Shown here in pieces: positions 1 to 12,603 of a stretch of DNA of 64,000 nt; position 1 is the stretch's first letter, and the number at the start of each line of letters is the position of its first letter. Both the position numbers and the translations under genes were made by a program. The notes under the pieces were generated by a model. The model was not told the origin of the DNA and searched no databases. It worked only from the letters and a program-made list of their open reading frames with translations. Origin of the DNA: Eledone cirrhosa (taxonomy: Eukaryota); assembly GCA_964016885.1 (NCBI GenBank), contig OZ024747.1, positions 2,232,001 through 2,296,000 on the forward strand, read 5' to 3'.

Positions 1-479
1 GAATTTTTATTCGATAATCTCTACAATTTATATCCTATAGCTTGAATTCACATCAAGATGATCAAGTTAAGGTTTCATATAATCTCTTTTCTCTTACTTT
101 AGGAGTATCTTATTTTATTTTATTTTTTTACATTACTCTTTCGTTTTTCTCCTGTGTCAATTTTTTTTTACATACAATAATTATATCCAAGTTATCTTCA
201 AAACTTACCGAAGCCACAAAAATATTTTCCTCTCGAAGCAATTTTTTGTTATAGATCCAGCTTAAAAGAGGCAGATAATTTAATAAAACTTTTTTTTTAT
301 ATAAATCTTTACTTAAAGTTTTCCGCTAGTTTTTATCTGTTACATATTTTTAGTTGTCACTGTTTGCTTTATTTAACAACTTTTTAGTGCTGTGACCTTA
401 TCAAGCATTTCTATATTACTTCTAAAACTCAATTCATTTTGTTCACACATGTTTATTCCATAGGAACTCCATAAATTAC

Positions 480-730
480 AATTCTATTCTATTTAACTTC
501 TAAATATGCACAATTGTATGTGAATATATTTACTAATGTTCTTCATTTTTAGAAACTTCATTAGGATTTCAATTTTTACATAGTTTATATGTAAATATAC
601 AAGTGAACTCACCTCAGACTTGGAGAAATTTCTCTTAAATTTATTATGATACAAATAGCTGCTACCCATCATTAAATAATGACTTTTAAGCATTTCATTA
701 ATGAATTGATTAAGTTTTATATTATCCAAT
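480..730 (-). mobile_element. Possible heavily decayed reverse transcriptase relic (Penelope-like?)
   Basis: Weak resemblance of HYLMMGSSYLY..FS..EVSSLVYLH to the RT motif-4 region; no intact YxDD seen. Confidence 0.25.
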
Positions 731-842
731 ATTTTATATTATCCAGTTGTTTATTTATTTTACTTTAATTTAACTTATATTTATATGTTTTATAGTATTT
801 CTTCATGATAGTAAATTATAGATAGATACATATATACATACT

Positions 843-903
<61 letters not shown>

Positions 904-1303
904 GCATACATACACACATATACATATAGATACATACATATACATGCACACGCACATATATACATACATATATATATATACACACACATACATATATGTA
1001 CATACATATGCCTATTTCCATACACATACATACATATAAATACATATATACATGCATATATAATCTTGAATGACAGTTTGAGTAGTAGAGATTATCTAAC
1101 AACATTTATTTCAATTAATTCTTCACTGAGAGTATAAGAATGTTCTTCCAAACCCATCTAAACAGAGCTCAACAAATGCCAAACCTTAACTACACATTTA
1201 TATCATGGGCTCACTATATTCACCATCCTAATGATCACACTCTTAACTTTACTGTTAGCAGAAGTCTAGAATCTTTCAATAATATTCCTTCCTGCCATAT
1301 ATA

Positions 1304-1706
1304 TGGCACCACAGTCTGTCATGTCATTAGACTGTGGCCATACTGGGGCACCACAGTCTGTCATGTCTTTTACTAGTTTCAGTCATTAGACTGTGGCCAT
1401 ACTGGGGCACCACAGTCTGTCATGTCTTTTACTAGTTTCAGTCATTAGACTGTGGCCATACTGGGGCACCACAGTCTTTCATGTCTTTTACTGGTTTCTG
1501 TCATTAGACTGTGGCCATACTGGGGCACCACAGTCTGTCATGTCTTTTACTGGTTTCAGTCATTAGACTGTGGCCATACTGGGGCACCACAGTCTGTCAT
1601 GTCTTTTACTGGTTTCTGTCATTAGACTGTGGCCATACTGGGGCACCACAGTCTGTCATGTCTTTTACTAGTTTCAGTCATTAGACTGTGGCCATACTGG
1701 GGCCCC
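1304..1706. repeat. 59-bp minisatellite, ~6.5 copies, each with an internal 9-bp hairpin
   Basis: Unit starts at 1341, 1400, 1459, 1518; ccacagtct...agactgtgg inverted within each unit. Confidence 0.95.
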
Positions 1707-1769
1707 ATGATTTCATGTAGCCAGAACTGTTTGATACATATAAATGATACACTCACACACACACACACG

Positions 1770-1824
<55 letters not shown>

Positions 1825-1998
1825 CAGGATGGATTCAATTTGAAACTAGTTAGACCATTATTCAACAGAGTACTCAATACTCGGGGTAGTAGAGTATGGT
1901 TAGAGTATAAATAGTTGGGACCTGATGGCTGAGCTGGAACTAGCTGTTGAAACAGCAAGAGCTCAGCCATTGGGCCTCACCTCTTAATGATAATAATA

Positions 1999-2033
<35 letters not shown>

Positions 2034-2959
2034 TCACCATCATCATCATCATTACCAGTTTGCATTCTGTTTCCATGCTGACATGGTTTGAATGGGTTAT
2101 CATGGTCAGAGACTTTATATACATATACTCATATACATATACATACACACACACATATGTACATACACACATATATACATACACACACACATATATACAC
2201 ACACACATATATACATACACACACATATACATACACACATATACATACACACACATATGTACACACACACATATATACATACACACACACATATACATAC
2301 ACACACACATATACACACACATATACATACACACATATACATACACACATATACATACACACACATATATGCACACAATAGTTATTATTATGCAAATAAA
2401 AATGAAATTCCACACACTGTAGTTCTCAGTATGTAACAGCAACAAAATCAATTACACAGATATACACAAGCAAAAAATATACACCCATACATATATATAT
2501 GTAAGTATATGTATAATGTATGTATGTATAATGTATGTATGTATATGTATGTATATGTATGTATATGTATGTATGTATGTATGAATATGTATGTATCTAT
2601 ATGTATGTATGCGTATGCATATATGTGTATGTATGTATGCATGTTGCTTGTGTATATATGTATGCATTTATGAATATATGCATGTGTGTGAATGTGTGTA
2701 TGTGGATATAAGTATTATAGTGTGTATGTTTGTATGTATTCACATTTATATGACTGTGTGTGCAACTACAGGTATACATATAACCACAAACGTATGTAGA
2801 CAGAGAAATCTATAAACATACACTTCAAAAGAAAATACATACACACATGCACACAGACATATACATTCAAACACACACACACACACATATTTATATATAT
2901 GTGTGTGTGTGTTTCCAACCTTTGCTACAATGGAAATTAGATATATGATGATGATTGTG

Positions 2960-2994
<35 letters not shown>

Positions 2995-3069
2995 CATACA
3001 TATGGATATATATATAAATACATTATATAAATATATATGTGTATATATTTTTATATATGTATATATATA

Positions 3070-3148
<79 letters not shown>

Positions 3149-4051
3149 ATATGTATATGTATGTAAATATATATATAAATGTATGTGTATATATATATAT
3201 ATGTATATGTATGTATATATATACATATGTATATGTATATATACATATGTATATACATATATATACACTTATATATATATGTATATATATAGATACATAT
3301 ATATATTATGTATATAGATACACATATGTCTGTTGTGTATGTGTATGTTTTTATGCTTGTAATATTGTTTGTGTGTATGTATGAGACTATGTTTCACTCT
3401 CTCTGTATGCATAAGAAAGTAATTGTTTTAAGATGAAAACAAAAAAAAAACAAAAAAAAAAACAAAACAAACAGAAAAATCAACATCAACCTCAACAATA
3501 TAAAAATAGTTCAAAGAAGTAGAGAGAGATTTTTTTGGGCAGCAATTAAAAACCAGTAAGAGCAATAGTTTTGCTGATGCATAATTCACAAAGATACAAC
3601 ATATATGAGTAGATGTAAAAAGTTTGAAATTAGTATTAACAGTACGTTAGGGTTATCATCTCTGACAAATGTGACCATAAAATACCACAGCTCACTACAT
3701 TTCTTATGGTGGACATAAATCTAATTTTATTTGAGCAAACTGTCAAAAATGTTAATGTTACACATTTTATGGCGTTTTTATTCTCAATCGCTTGCATCAA
3801 AGTATAAGATGAAAAATGTTTTGATTGGAAAACTTTCTTGAGCTCTGGAGCATGTATGGTTAGTGGTTGTGGTTTTTGAGTATGTGTGCCTGTCTGTGAG
3901 TGTGTGTGTATGTGTGTCTGTGTGTGTGTGTCAGTATGTGTGTGTGTGTTTTTATTGTGGAAGGAAACACAGTGATACACATTCGCAAATATACATACAC
4001 AAACACACACATATATGTATAAATATGTAGATACAATCATATATATATATG

Positions 4052-4130
<79 letters not shown>

Positions 4131-4358
4131 ATATATTTGGGTGCACACACACAAGCACACACATATATACATATTTATATCTGTGTACGTATTTAAGAAA
4201 AGTCAAAATAAATTGGTGAAGGTAGTTGAAGCATAAACTGATTTAAGATTATAAATGCAAAAGCTTATTTGCATTTAGAGAAATAAACATTTTTTTATAT
4301 TCACAAGTGTGTTTCTACATTTGTCTGGATATGTGTTGGCAGCTGTGTAGGATTGTAT

Positions 4359-4696
4359 ACACATATGTATAAAGATATATATATATATACACATATGTAT
4401 AAAGATATATATATACACATATGTATAAAGATATATATATATACACATATGTATAAAGATATATATATATACACATATGTATAAAGATATATATATATAC
4501 ACATATGTATAACGATATATATATATACACATATGTATAAAGATATATATATATATACATATGTATAAAGATATATATATATACACATATGTATAAAGAT
4601 ATATATATATATACACATATGTATAAAGATATATATATACACATATGTATAAAGATATATATATATATATATACACATATGTATAAAGATATATAT
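4359..4696. repeat. Compound minisatellite acacatatgtataaag(at)n
   Basis: About 12 visible units with variable AT runs. Confidence 0.9.
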
Positions 4697-5226
4697 ATGT
4701 ATATATATATATAGAGAGAGATAATTAACACCCATATGAACTGGTGGAGTATTTTAAGCTATATAAGGTCATGTGTATAACAGTGATTGTTGTGTATTTA
4801 TAAGTATGTATATAAAGACATGATCTTTTTGAATGTTTGCTGTCTCTGAATATATATGAACAGAGTAAAAAAAGACAGTGAGAGACTGACAAATGGACAG
4901 AGCACCCCCCCCCCCCCCATTTATATATATATATAATATTTCTAATTAAATTTACATTCGGTATTGGGGGCTTGGCTACTCCCATTTCTACATTGCCTTC
5001 CAAGAATTTTGAATCCTTCCATGTCTTTCTATCTGGAGAGTCACTTATGTATATAAACTATACTCCTCATAAGAAATGTGCAGATATTTGTATGTGTATC
5101 TATAGAGAGTAAGTGCTGTACTGCATTCCTGTATGATCACATATGTGTTTGTCCATCCAACTAGAAATAACTAGTCCTCAATGGTTTGTTGGAATTACTT
5201 ACTACCTTCATATGCATATATATATA

Positions 5227-5315
<89 letters not shown>

Positions 5316-5416
5316 GTAATAATAAATGTGAAGACTAAAATCCAAAGAGGGCTTGGATAAATATATATCAAATATATTAGAACCCGAGAGTTTCAGAAGA
5401 TCCTGTATTTTAATAA

Positions 5417-5461
<45 letters not shown>

Positions 5462-7238
5462 TGTGTTTAAACACAGATCCTTAATGAAAAGATTTTGCAG
5501 ATGTATACAGCAAATTCAATGGGGTGTTGTCTGATGTATATCTAGTGTTAAGCAACAAGAAATGTTGATAAGAAAAACCCCTAAACAAACTAGTATGCAT
5601 TTCCACTCTTATATTTATGGTAACAGTAATAATTTCTAAGATAGACACAAGTCCATTAGAAATACAATGACTTGCAGAACAAATCACCTGTCATTTGATT
5701 GATACTTTATTTTACTCAACCTGTGGAAGGATGAAAACCAAAATTGAACTCAGTAGAATTTGTATTGAGAATAGACAGGGTGACAACTAAACACTAAAGG
5801 ACAATTTATATAAAGCTCTAGTGATTTGGTTCATTCACATCTCACTCTTTTATGCAAATAATAATAATATGAGTGATAATGAAGATGATGATGATGGAAA
5901 TGAGGATAATGATGATGATGATGATGATGGCAATGATGACAAAGCTGATGATAATAACAATGATGATAAGGGTAATGATGACAGTGATGATGATGATAAG
6001 GATGATGATGATAGTGATGATTATTAATTTTAAATGATGGACATTTATTCTGTATTTGATTTTCCAATTTTTTTAAGACATGAAAGCGAGTTATATATAT
6101 ATATATAGATTGCTTTGTTTTCTGTGCATATATATTTATATATAGATATACTGAGTATAAAATATATGGCAATATATAAAAAGCTACAAATTTACATACA
6201 AGTGCTGCTCCCTACATCAAATTTGCTTGCACATCTGCATGCACATACTTCTAATTTTATGAATATGTACATAAAAAAAATGTTGGTTGCTATTATTCAA
6301 TATGCATCCAAATACTTGAAAAATATTGCATGTTTTAATTTTTTTAGATTTTAAGTACAAACCAAAATACAATAACATATTTTTAAGATCCTATTTTGTC
6401 ATTAAAAGGAAGAAGTTTGCAGCTAGTCAGTGCTTTCAAAACATTATTGATCCCTTCAGCTAAAATTAAAAGCAGAACATATTTTTAACCATCAATATTT
6501 GTCATAAGTTTCTCTACCAATGTTGATAATCAGGAGAACCCCACCCCCCATCAACGTTAGAAGCAAGATTTATTTTATCTTAATATCTTATTGAGTGAAG
6601 GAATGACAGTACTCACACACACAACCTTTTTCAGGGTCTTCAGAGTCTTCATGATTAGTAAGAGAAATGGAGGAAGTTTTCATCTGACAGAAGACCTGGC
6701 CTAAATACTAGCAACATAGCAGACTCCACTAAAGACACTGAATAATCAGGTGGCCATATTATACAATGTTATAGATTAAGTCTATCATCCAAGAACAGGA
6801 ATAATTACTCTGTGGTACTTCCACAAAATTTCAGTACCCAAAATTCTATTAAAAATACTATGATCAACACCTACTTCAATGTAGCATGCAGTGGAATTCA
6901 ATCCAATACTGCATGATTGTAAAACAAACTTCTTAACCACACAGCCTTACTTGCACCCATTGATAGTTGTTACTGGCATCCAGGTATTTTGTTACCACAT
7001 AGTACTTACTGACATTTCGTCTTGCCATGGGTGAAGGCATATGCTCTTAAATTTGTTGAAGCTGCCGACCATTATTTATAGTGCTCATAGTGTTGATGCC
7101 TTGAGACATTAGGAGTCATATCTAGCTTTGTTTTATGGTTAGTGAAATCCATAAATTTTTACTGCAGGATGGTGGAGAGAAAAGCTGTAACTATTGAAAA
7201 ATAGAAAACTGCATTAAAGGACACTAGTCTTGTGAACC

Positions 7239-7294
<56 letters not shown>

Positions 7295-9361
7295 TGGTAA
7301 TGACGATTTTAATAACAATAATAATAATAATAATAATAATAATAGTAATAATAATGATGATGATGATGATAATAAATAGATAGATAAATAAATAAAGAGT
7401 AAAATCATAAAGAAAAAAAGAGAAATATTCTTGCCAAAAGCAGGAATTGCTTTTAAAAATGAAAAATTAATCATTAATATATGAAACAGAAATTTTAAAA
7501 GGTTTCAGTTCAGATCAGCATGAGTGAGTGTGGGAGGTAGAGAAGGTGGGGTGGTGGAGGTGGAGGGGAATTTCTTTTTGCAGCAAGCAAATAATCAAAA
7601 TATTAAATATGAAAAAGAAAATAAAAGAGCAAATAATAAAAGCAAGCATAAAAAGAATGTGAAAGTGAGTTAAATCCATTTCTCTGTTGATGTTTATGAA
7701 CACCTGAAAGCTGTCGATAAGAGAAACAAAACTGATCGTCATAAGTTGTACAATGGGGAAAATATTTCCATTTTGCTCCTGGCAGAACAGCTTTTGTAGT
7801 CATGCAAGTTGTCATTCTATTCTGATGTTACATTATTGGCTCTGATAATAGAATATATGCCATTTGAATTCCTTAATCGGTTTCAATATTAGTAAGACTC
7901 ACAAAAACCTTGAGCTGACCAAATTTTCTTCAGTTCCTCCATGAATAGATTCCACTTGTCTTCCGGACTATAAAGCTCTCTTTTGTAATGTATCTATTTA
8001 AGTCAAAGAAAATAACCCTACTCTCAGGGAATTTTCAATTTTCATATCAGAAGATTGCAAGAAATATTTCTGTCACTTATGGCTTCAAACAATAATATAT
8101 ATTTGCAAGCAAAAACATAGAAATGCAATCTGGCAATGAGAAAGGTTACAATGAAATATATTTGACTGAAATAGAATGTTCCGGCTAAAATAATCAATTT
8201 CATGTCATTGCCATGATTGCAAACAATAATATTGACACCATTAATGGCTTTAGCAATGTTTCTCTCACATATTCCAACATTATGATTCAAAAGGGACAAC
8301 AGTATAAACTATAACATATGTAAGGAATATAAAAGATGTCATTGTGCTCTACAGAACAAATTATTGCTTTCCAAATTATTGGATCTTGGTTCAATCCCAT
8401 TTTGCTATTAATGTTTCAACTATATTCAGAAGGGAAATATGAACAGGCAAAATGGAGATAACTAATCTGCTTGCTAGCTTCCATTTTGTTTTCATTTATT
8501 ACTTTCCTATTTCTCTGTATGTAGATTTTTTATTATTTTTTTTTATTACATCTAGTGTGATATGTCTTCTGAGTTCAGTAAAAGTATCTGACTATGTTTT
8601 AACAGTTAATATCTCCCAATATTTGGACATATGTTATATACAATATCTCAGTAACATGACTTCTTCCTCAACAGATCACACTCTCACATCGTAATTGCTC
8701 TCTAGAGCAACTAATAAATTCTTTTTCTATCCTATCCCTCAAATTATAATTCCGTTCATAATATGTTGATAAATTTATTTCTATCCTTTCAAAGGCAAAT
8801 TTTCTTACACCATTTATATTCTATGTTCACTGTAACAAGAGAAGAACAAGTACAATGTTCCCCCAAAATATCATATAAAATAGAAGTGTGACTTATCTAA
8901 CAGTTCAACATGTAATATAAAGTTTATTGTAACTGTTGTATGTAAAATGGAAGTGTACAACATATACACGACTATATATAGGATATATATATAAAAAAAA
9001 TCATTATTTATCAATTAAGCTAATTAGCAGAGTTTCCATATCTGCTAAGACAACAATAGAATACACTGAAATTTATACTCCATCACATTTTTTTGCCTTT
9101 GAATCTCAGTTATTATGAAAAAGAATATTCTTCTGTGAAATACCTGTTATTTCTGTGAATCTGAATATAAACTAAAAGTTCTTTATTTTACTTACCTAAA
9201 CTGATATCAAATTTTAATCAACACTTTCTTCTTTAATACACAAAATATATAACTTGGACAAAAAGAAAAAAAATTGACAAATGTTTATAATTTGCACAGT
9301 TTATTATTTTTATAAAGGACTGAAGTGGTGGAAGTTGTCATATAGGAAATATTTTCAATAT

Positions 9362-9511
9362 TTCATGAAATGTAACAATATTGTCAAAATTCTATAAAAT
9401 GTAACATTGCTGTGAACATTTCATGAAATGTAATAATGTTGTGAATATATCATGAAATGTAATAATGTTGTGAATATATCATGAAATGTAATAATGTTGT
9501 GAATATATCAT
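9362..9511. repeat. 29-bp minisatellite, ~5 copies, just upstream of the protocadherin acceptor
   Basis: tcatgaaatgtaataatgttgtgaatata at 9421, 9450, 9479, with degenerate copies 5'. Confidence 0.9.
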
Positions 9512-9530
9512 AAGATGTTTATTCCTGTTA

Positions 9531-9549
9531 TTTATATTCTATTTTTCAG
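9531..9549 (+). other. Putative splice acceptor of the protocadherin exon
   Basis: Pyrimidine tract tttatattctatttttcAG ends at 9549, 52 nt upstream of the ATG. Confidence 0.6.
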
Positions 9550-9601
9550 ATTCTTTGAATTGATTTTCTGTCTGCCATCATCAACTTTCTCATAGACTAA
9601 A

Positions 9602-12010
9602 ATGTGGACACATCTTTATATACTGTCATTTCTGCTGACAATTTCTCAGTGTGAAGACCTCATTTATCATGTAGAAGAAGGTAAGATGCCTGGTACATTG
9701 GTTGGAGATATTGCAGCTGACACACATTTGTTTGATCGCATACCTGTACAAGATCACAATTTACTTTGGTTCAGCCACTTAAAAGAAACTAGTACCAATG
9801 GAACACAGCTATTTAATGTCTCTAAAACAGGAAAGCTTTATACATCCCAAATAGTTGATGCTGATAGCCTATGTAAATTCAACACTGAATGCTTCAAAAT
9901 GGTCGATATAGCAGTACGAAACAAAGAATCATTTGTGAAAATATTAGAAATAAAAGTTGTTGTAGAAGATGTGAATGACCAGCGGCCTGAGTTTCCAGTC
10001 AAACAAGTTAATATACAGTTTGACGAAACAGATGGTAAAGGAACTATAAAATTTGTTCCAACTGCTATAGACAGAGATGTGAGTCTCATTAACTCACAAA
10101 TTACATACCGACTTAAGAAAGATATAGCAAAAACATTTTCCTTATCAATTACAAAAAAAACAGACTCTACAATTAAACTTGGAATAGTTTTAGAAGGAGA
10201 AGTTGACAGAGAAATGAAAGATAATTATAAGCTTCAAATAATTGCTACAGATGGAGGATCTCCTGCTAAGTTTGGCATTTTGGATATTATAATAACAGTG
10301 ATTGATGAGAATGATAATTCACCTATCTTTACTCAGACTATTTATAATATTTCTATTAATAACAGAAATGAAAAAAATAAACCAATAACAATTATGTCTG
10401 CAAATGATATAGATTCAGGAGAAAATGGCAGAATTACATACCATTTTAGTTCAAAGACTTCAAATCTTGCAAAATCATATTTTCACTTAAATGAAAAAAC
10501 TGGAGAAATAATTTTAAAGAAAAAAATTCCCTTTGCATCGAAAAAATCTTATAAATTGTTTGTGGAAGCGACTGATGGAGGCAATCCATCATCGACTTCA
10601 ACAGCCATTGTATTGGTTCATGTAAATAACAATGAAAATAGTGCTCCTCTTATTGATATCAATTTTATTTCAAAATCTACAGGAAATACTGCTATTATTT
10701 CAGAAGGAGTCAAAATTAACAGTTTCATAGCTTATGTAAAGATCACTGATAATGATGTTGGAATGAATGGTGAAATTATATGTAATCTTCGTCATGATAA
10801 AATTCAGCTTCAAAGTCTAGGAAGAAAAAAATACAAATTAGTTGTAAAAAAATCATTAGACAGAGAAACAGAAAGTCATATTCATCTCACGATTTCCTGT
10901 GAAGACAAAGGCTTTCCACCATTACAAACAGATCACAATTTCTCAATCCAAGTCATGGATATAAATGATATTCAACCTCAGTTTACGAAAAGTACATTCA
11001 GGTTTTCAGTCTATGAAAATGAAGAGCCTAAATTCTCAATAGGTTTTGTAAATGCTACTGACCCAGACCTTGTTGCTGCATCTCAGTTAACCTATTCTCT
11101 TATTGGTTCAAATAGACATATTCCATTTTCCATATCTGATTTTGGTTTTATTTCCACAACTCAGTCTCTTGATCGTGAAAAACAGGATCTTTATAAGTTT
11201 AGAATTATGGCCAAAGATAATGGAACACCCTCTCTTAACAACACAGCCAATGTTATTGTTGAAGTTATGGATAAAAATGACAATGCACCCTATTTTACAT
11301 TTCCTAGTTTTAACCCATTTAGCTTAGATGTCCATTACCATCCCCAAAGTAAGAGTGACATCACAACATTAAGAGCCTCTGACAGAGACAGTCATGTGAA
11401 TGCTTTTCTCACATACAAAATATTTGGAGGTAATAACAAACAGTTATTTACAGTCAACCCTTACACAGGAGTGTTGTCTTTCTCTCGTACAGTTTACCAA
11501 AATGATGCTGGATCATATAATCTAAAATTAGCTGTCAAAGACAGTGGTACACCAGTTTTATCAGCCACAGCTACATTGTCTTTGACACTAACTGTTAGTA
11601 ATACAACAGCCAGAATGTACACATCTGAGGACACAGAATCAGACAACAGAATACATATTAATTTGATGATTATTATAGTAGTAGCAGCAGTGATAGTTTC
11701 TGTTGCTATTGTTGTATCATTCATAATATGTATAATCCAAAGGAAAAGCACAAAGGATAGTCGATTTACTGGGAGTGTAGCCACACATAATGACATTTTA
11801 AATGAAAGGAGACAGTCTGAATATACTTGTGAAGAAATGTCTCCCAAATATGATATTCCAATTACTATGTTAACTTGCACCGATAACTTTCCGACAACTC
11901 TAATAAGGGAACCTCACTCTCAATATGAAACTAATCACTGTTGGGAAGGTTCTTCCATAGGGAAACATGGCAAAAGTATTTCTAAACGGGCACACCCTGT
12001 AAGTAGCTAA
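9602..12010 (+). CDS. Protocadherin (cephalopod clustered type): signal peptide, EC1-EC6, TM, proximal cytoplasmic region; probably a large exon spliced at 11998/11999
   Basis: 802-aa ORF with N-terminal signal peptide, repeat-ending motifs DVNDQRPEF, DENDNSPIF, NNENSAPLI, DINDIQPQF, DKNDNAPYF, VDRE/LDRE and AxDxG motifs, TM LMIIIVVAAVIVSVAIVVSFIICII. CCT|GTAAGT donor at 11999 just before the stop. Confidence 0.95.
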   Translation: MWTHLYILSFLLTISQCEDLIYHVEEGKMPGTLVGDIAADTHLFDRIPVQDHNLLWFSHLKETSTNGTQLFNVSKTGKLYTSQIVDADSLCKFNTECFKMVDIAVRNKESFVKILEIKVVVEDVNDQRPEFPVKQVNIQFDETDGKGTIKFVPTAIDRDVSLINSQITYRLKKDIAKTFSLSITKKTDSTIKLGIVLEGEVDREMKDNYKLQIIATDGGSPAKFGILDIIITVIDENDNSPIFTQTIYNISINNRNEKNKPITIMSANDIDSGENGRITYHFSSKTSNLAKSYFHLNEKTGEIILKKKIPFASKKSYKLFVEATDGGNPSSTSTAIVLVHVNNNENSAPLIDINFISKSTGNTAIISEGVKINSFIAYVKITDNDVGMNGEIICNLRHDKIQLQSLGRKKYKLVVKKSLDRETESHIHLTISCEDKGFPPLQTDHNFSIQVMDINDIQPQFTKSTFRFSVYENEEPKFSIGFVNATDPDLVAASQLTYSLIGSNRHIPFSISDFGFISTTQSLDREKQDLYKFRIMAKDNGTPSLNNTANVIVEVMDKNDNAPYFTFPSFNPFSLDVHYHPQSKSDITTLRASDRDSHVNAFLTYKIFGGNNKQLFTVNPYTGVLSFSRTVYQNDAGSYNLKLAVKDSGTPVLSATATLSLTLTVSNTTARMYTSEDTESDNRIHINLMIIIVVAAVIVSVAIVVSFIICIIQRKSTKDSRFTGSVATHNDILNERRQSEYTCEEMSPKYDIPITMLTCTDNFPTTLIREPHSQYETNHCWEGSSIGKHGKSISKRAHPVSS
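11996..12004 (+). other. Putative phase-0 splice donor
   Basis: CCT|GTAAGT consensus donor. 9602-11998 is exactly 799 codons. T-rich intron-like sequence follows. Confidence 0.7.
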
Positions 12011-12603
12011 TTTATTTTCAATTCCATTTATTGAAGTTCTTATTTTATTTTCTTCTTATATTCTTCTGATTCTATTCTCTTGATGATTGCCAATTACAAA
12101 TTTCTGTGTGTTTTATTTCTTGTTTTCAACTTGTGAAATAATTGCTACTTTTCTCTGTAATTAAAGAAAATTTCAATTAATTATAATTCCTTTAATATCA
12201 CTCTTGACCTTGTAAAATGTTTGCATTATTTATTGATTTAATTTACTTCATTTATGTATGAATGTTCGTATTTATCTGCATGTGTTCAAACTGGAATATT
12301 TAGGATCAGATGTGTATATATATATGAGCACGACATACAAATGATGTATGTATGTATGTATGTATGTATGTATGTATGTATGTTCTTCTGGTTTTATAAT
12401 TTCACAAAGTTTTACCAATAGAGAGAGAGTCGGTTTTTAACATAGACACAAGACTCTCTCATTGGAATTTACACAGCATTAACTAGGTAGATATGTATGC
12501 ATGCATGTGTAGATATGGATGTTATTGTATGTGTGGATGTGTATGTTTTGAGTTGTATGTGTGCATGTGCATATGCTTTGTATCTGTATATGTGTATATG
12601 CAG

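Noticed and set aside
790-5474. Many [12 protein letters not shown] ORFs (also at 24-25 kb, 30 kb, 34-37 kb, 43.7-45 kb, 55 kb)
   Set aside because: They are translations of TA, CA and TATG microsatellites, open in several frames, with no protein features.
8050-8325. Possible 5'-UTR exon (cag at 8050, gtaagg at 8320)
   Set aside because: Splice-like signals alone are too common in AT-rich DNA to support a call.
9838-11880. Short alternative and antisense ORFs within the protocadherin
   Set aside because: Shadow ORFs with no independent evidence.
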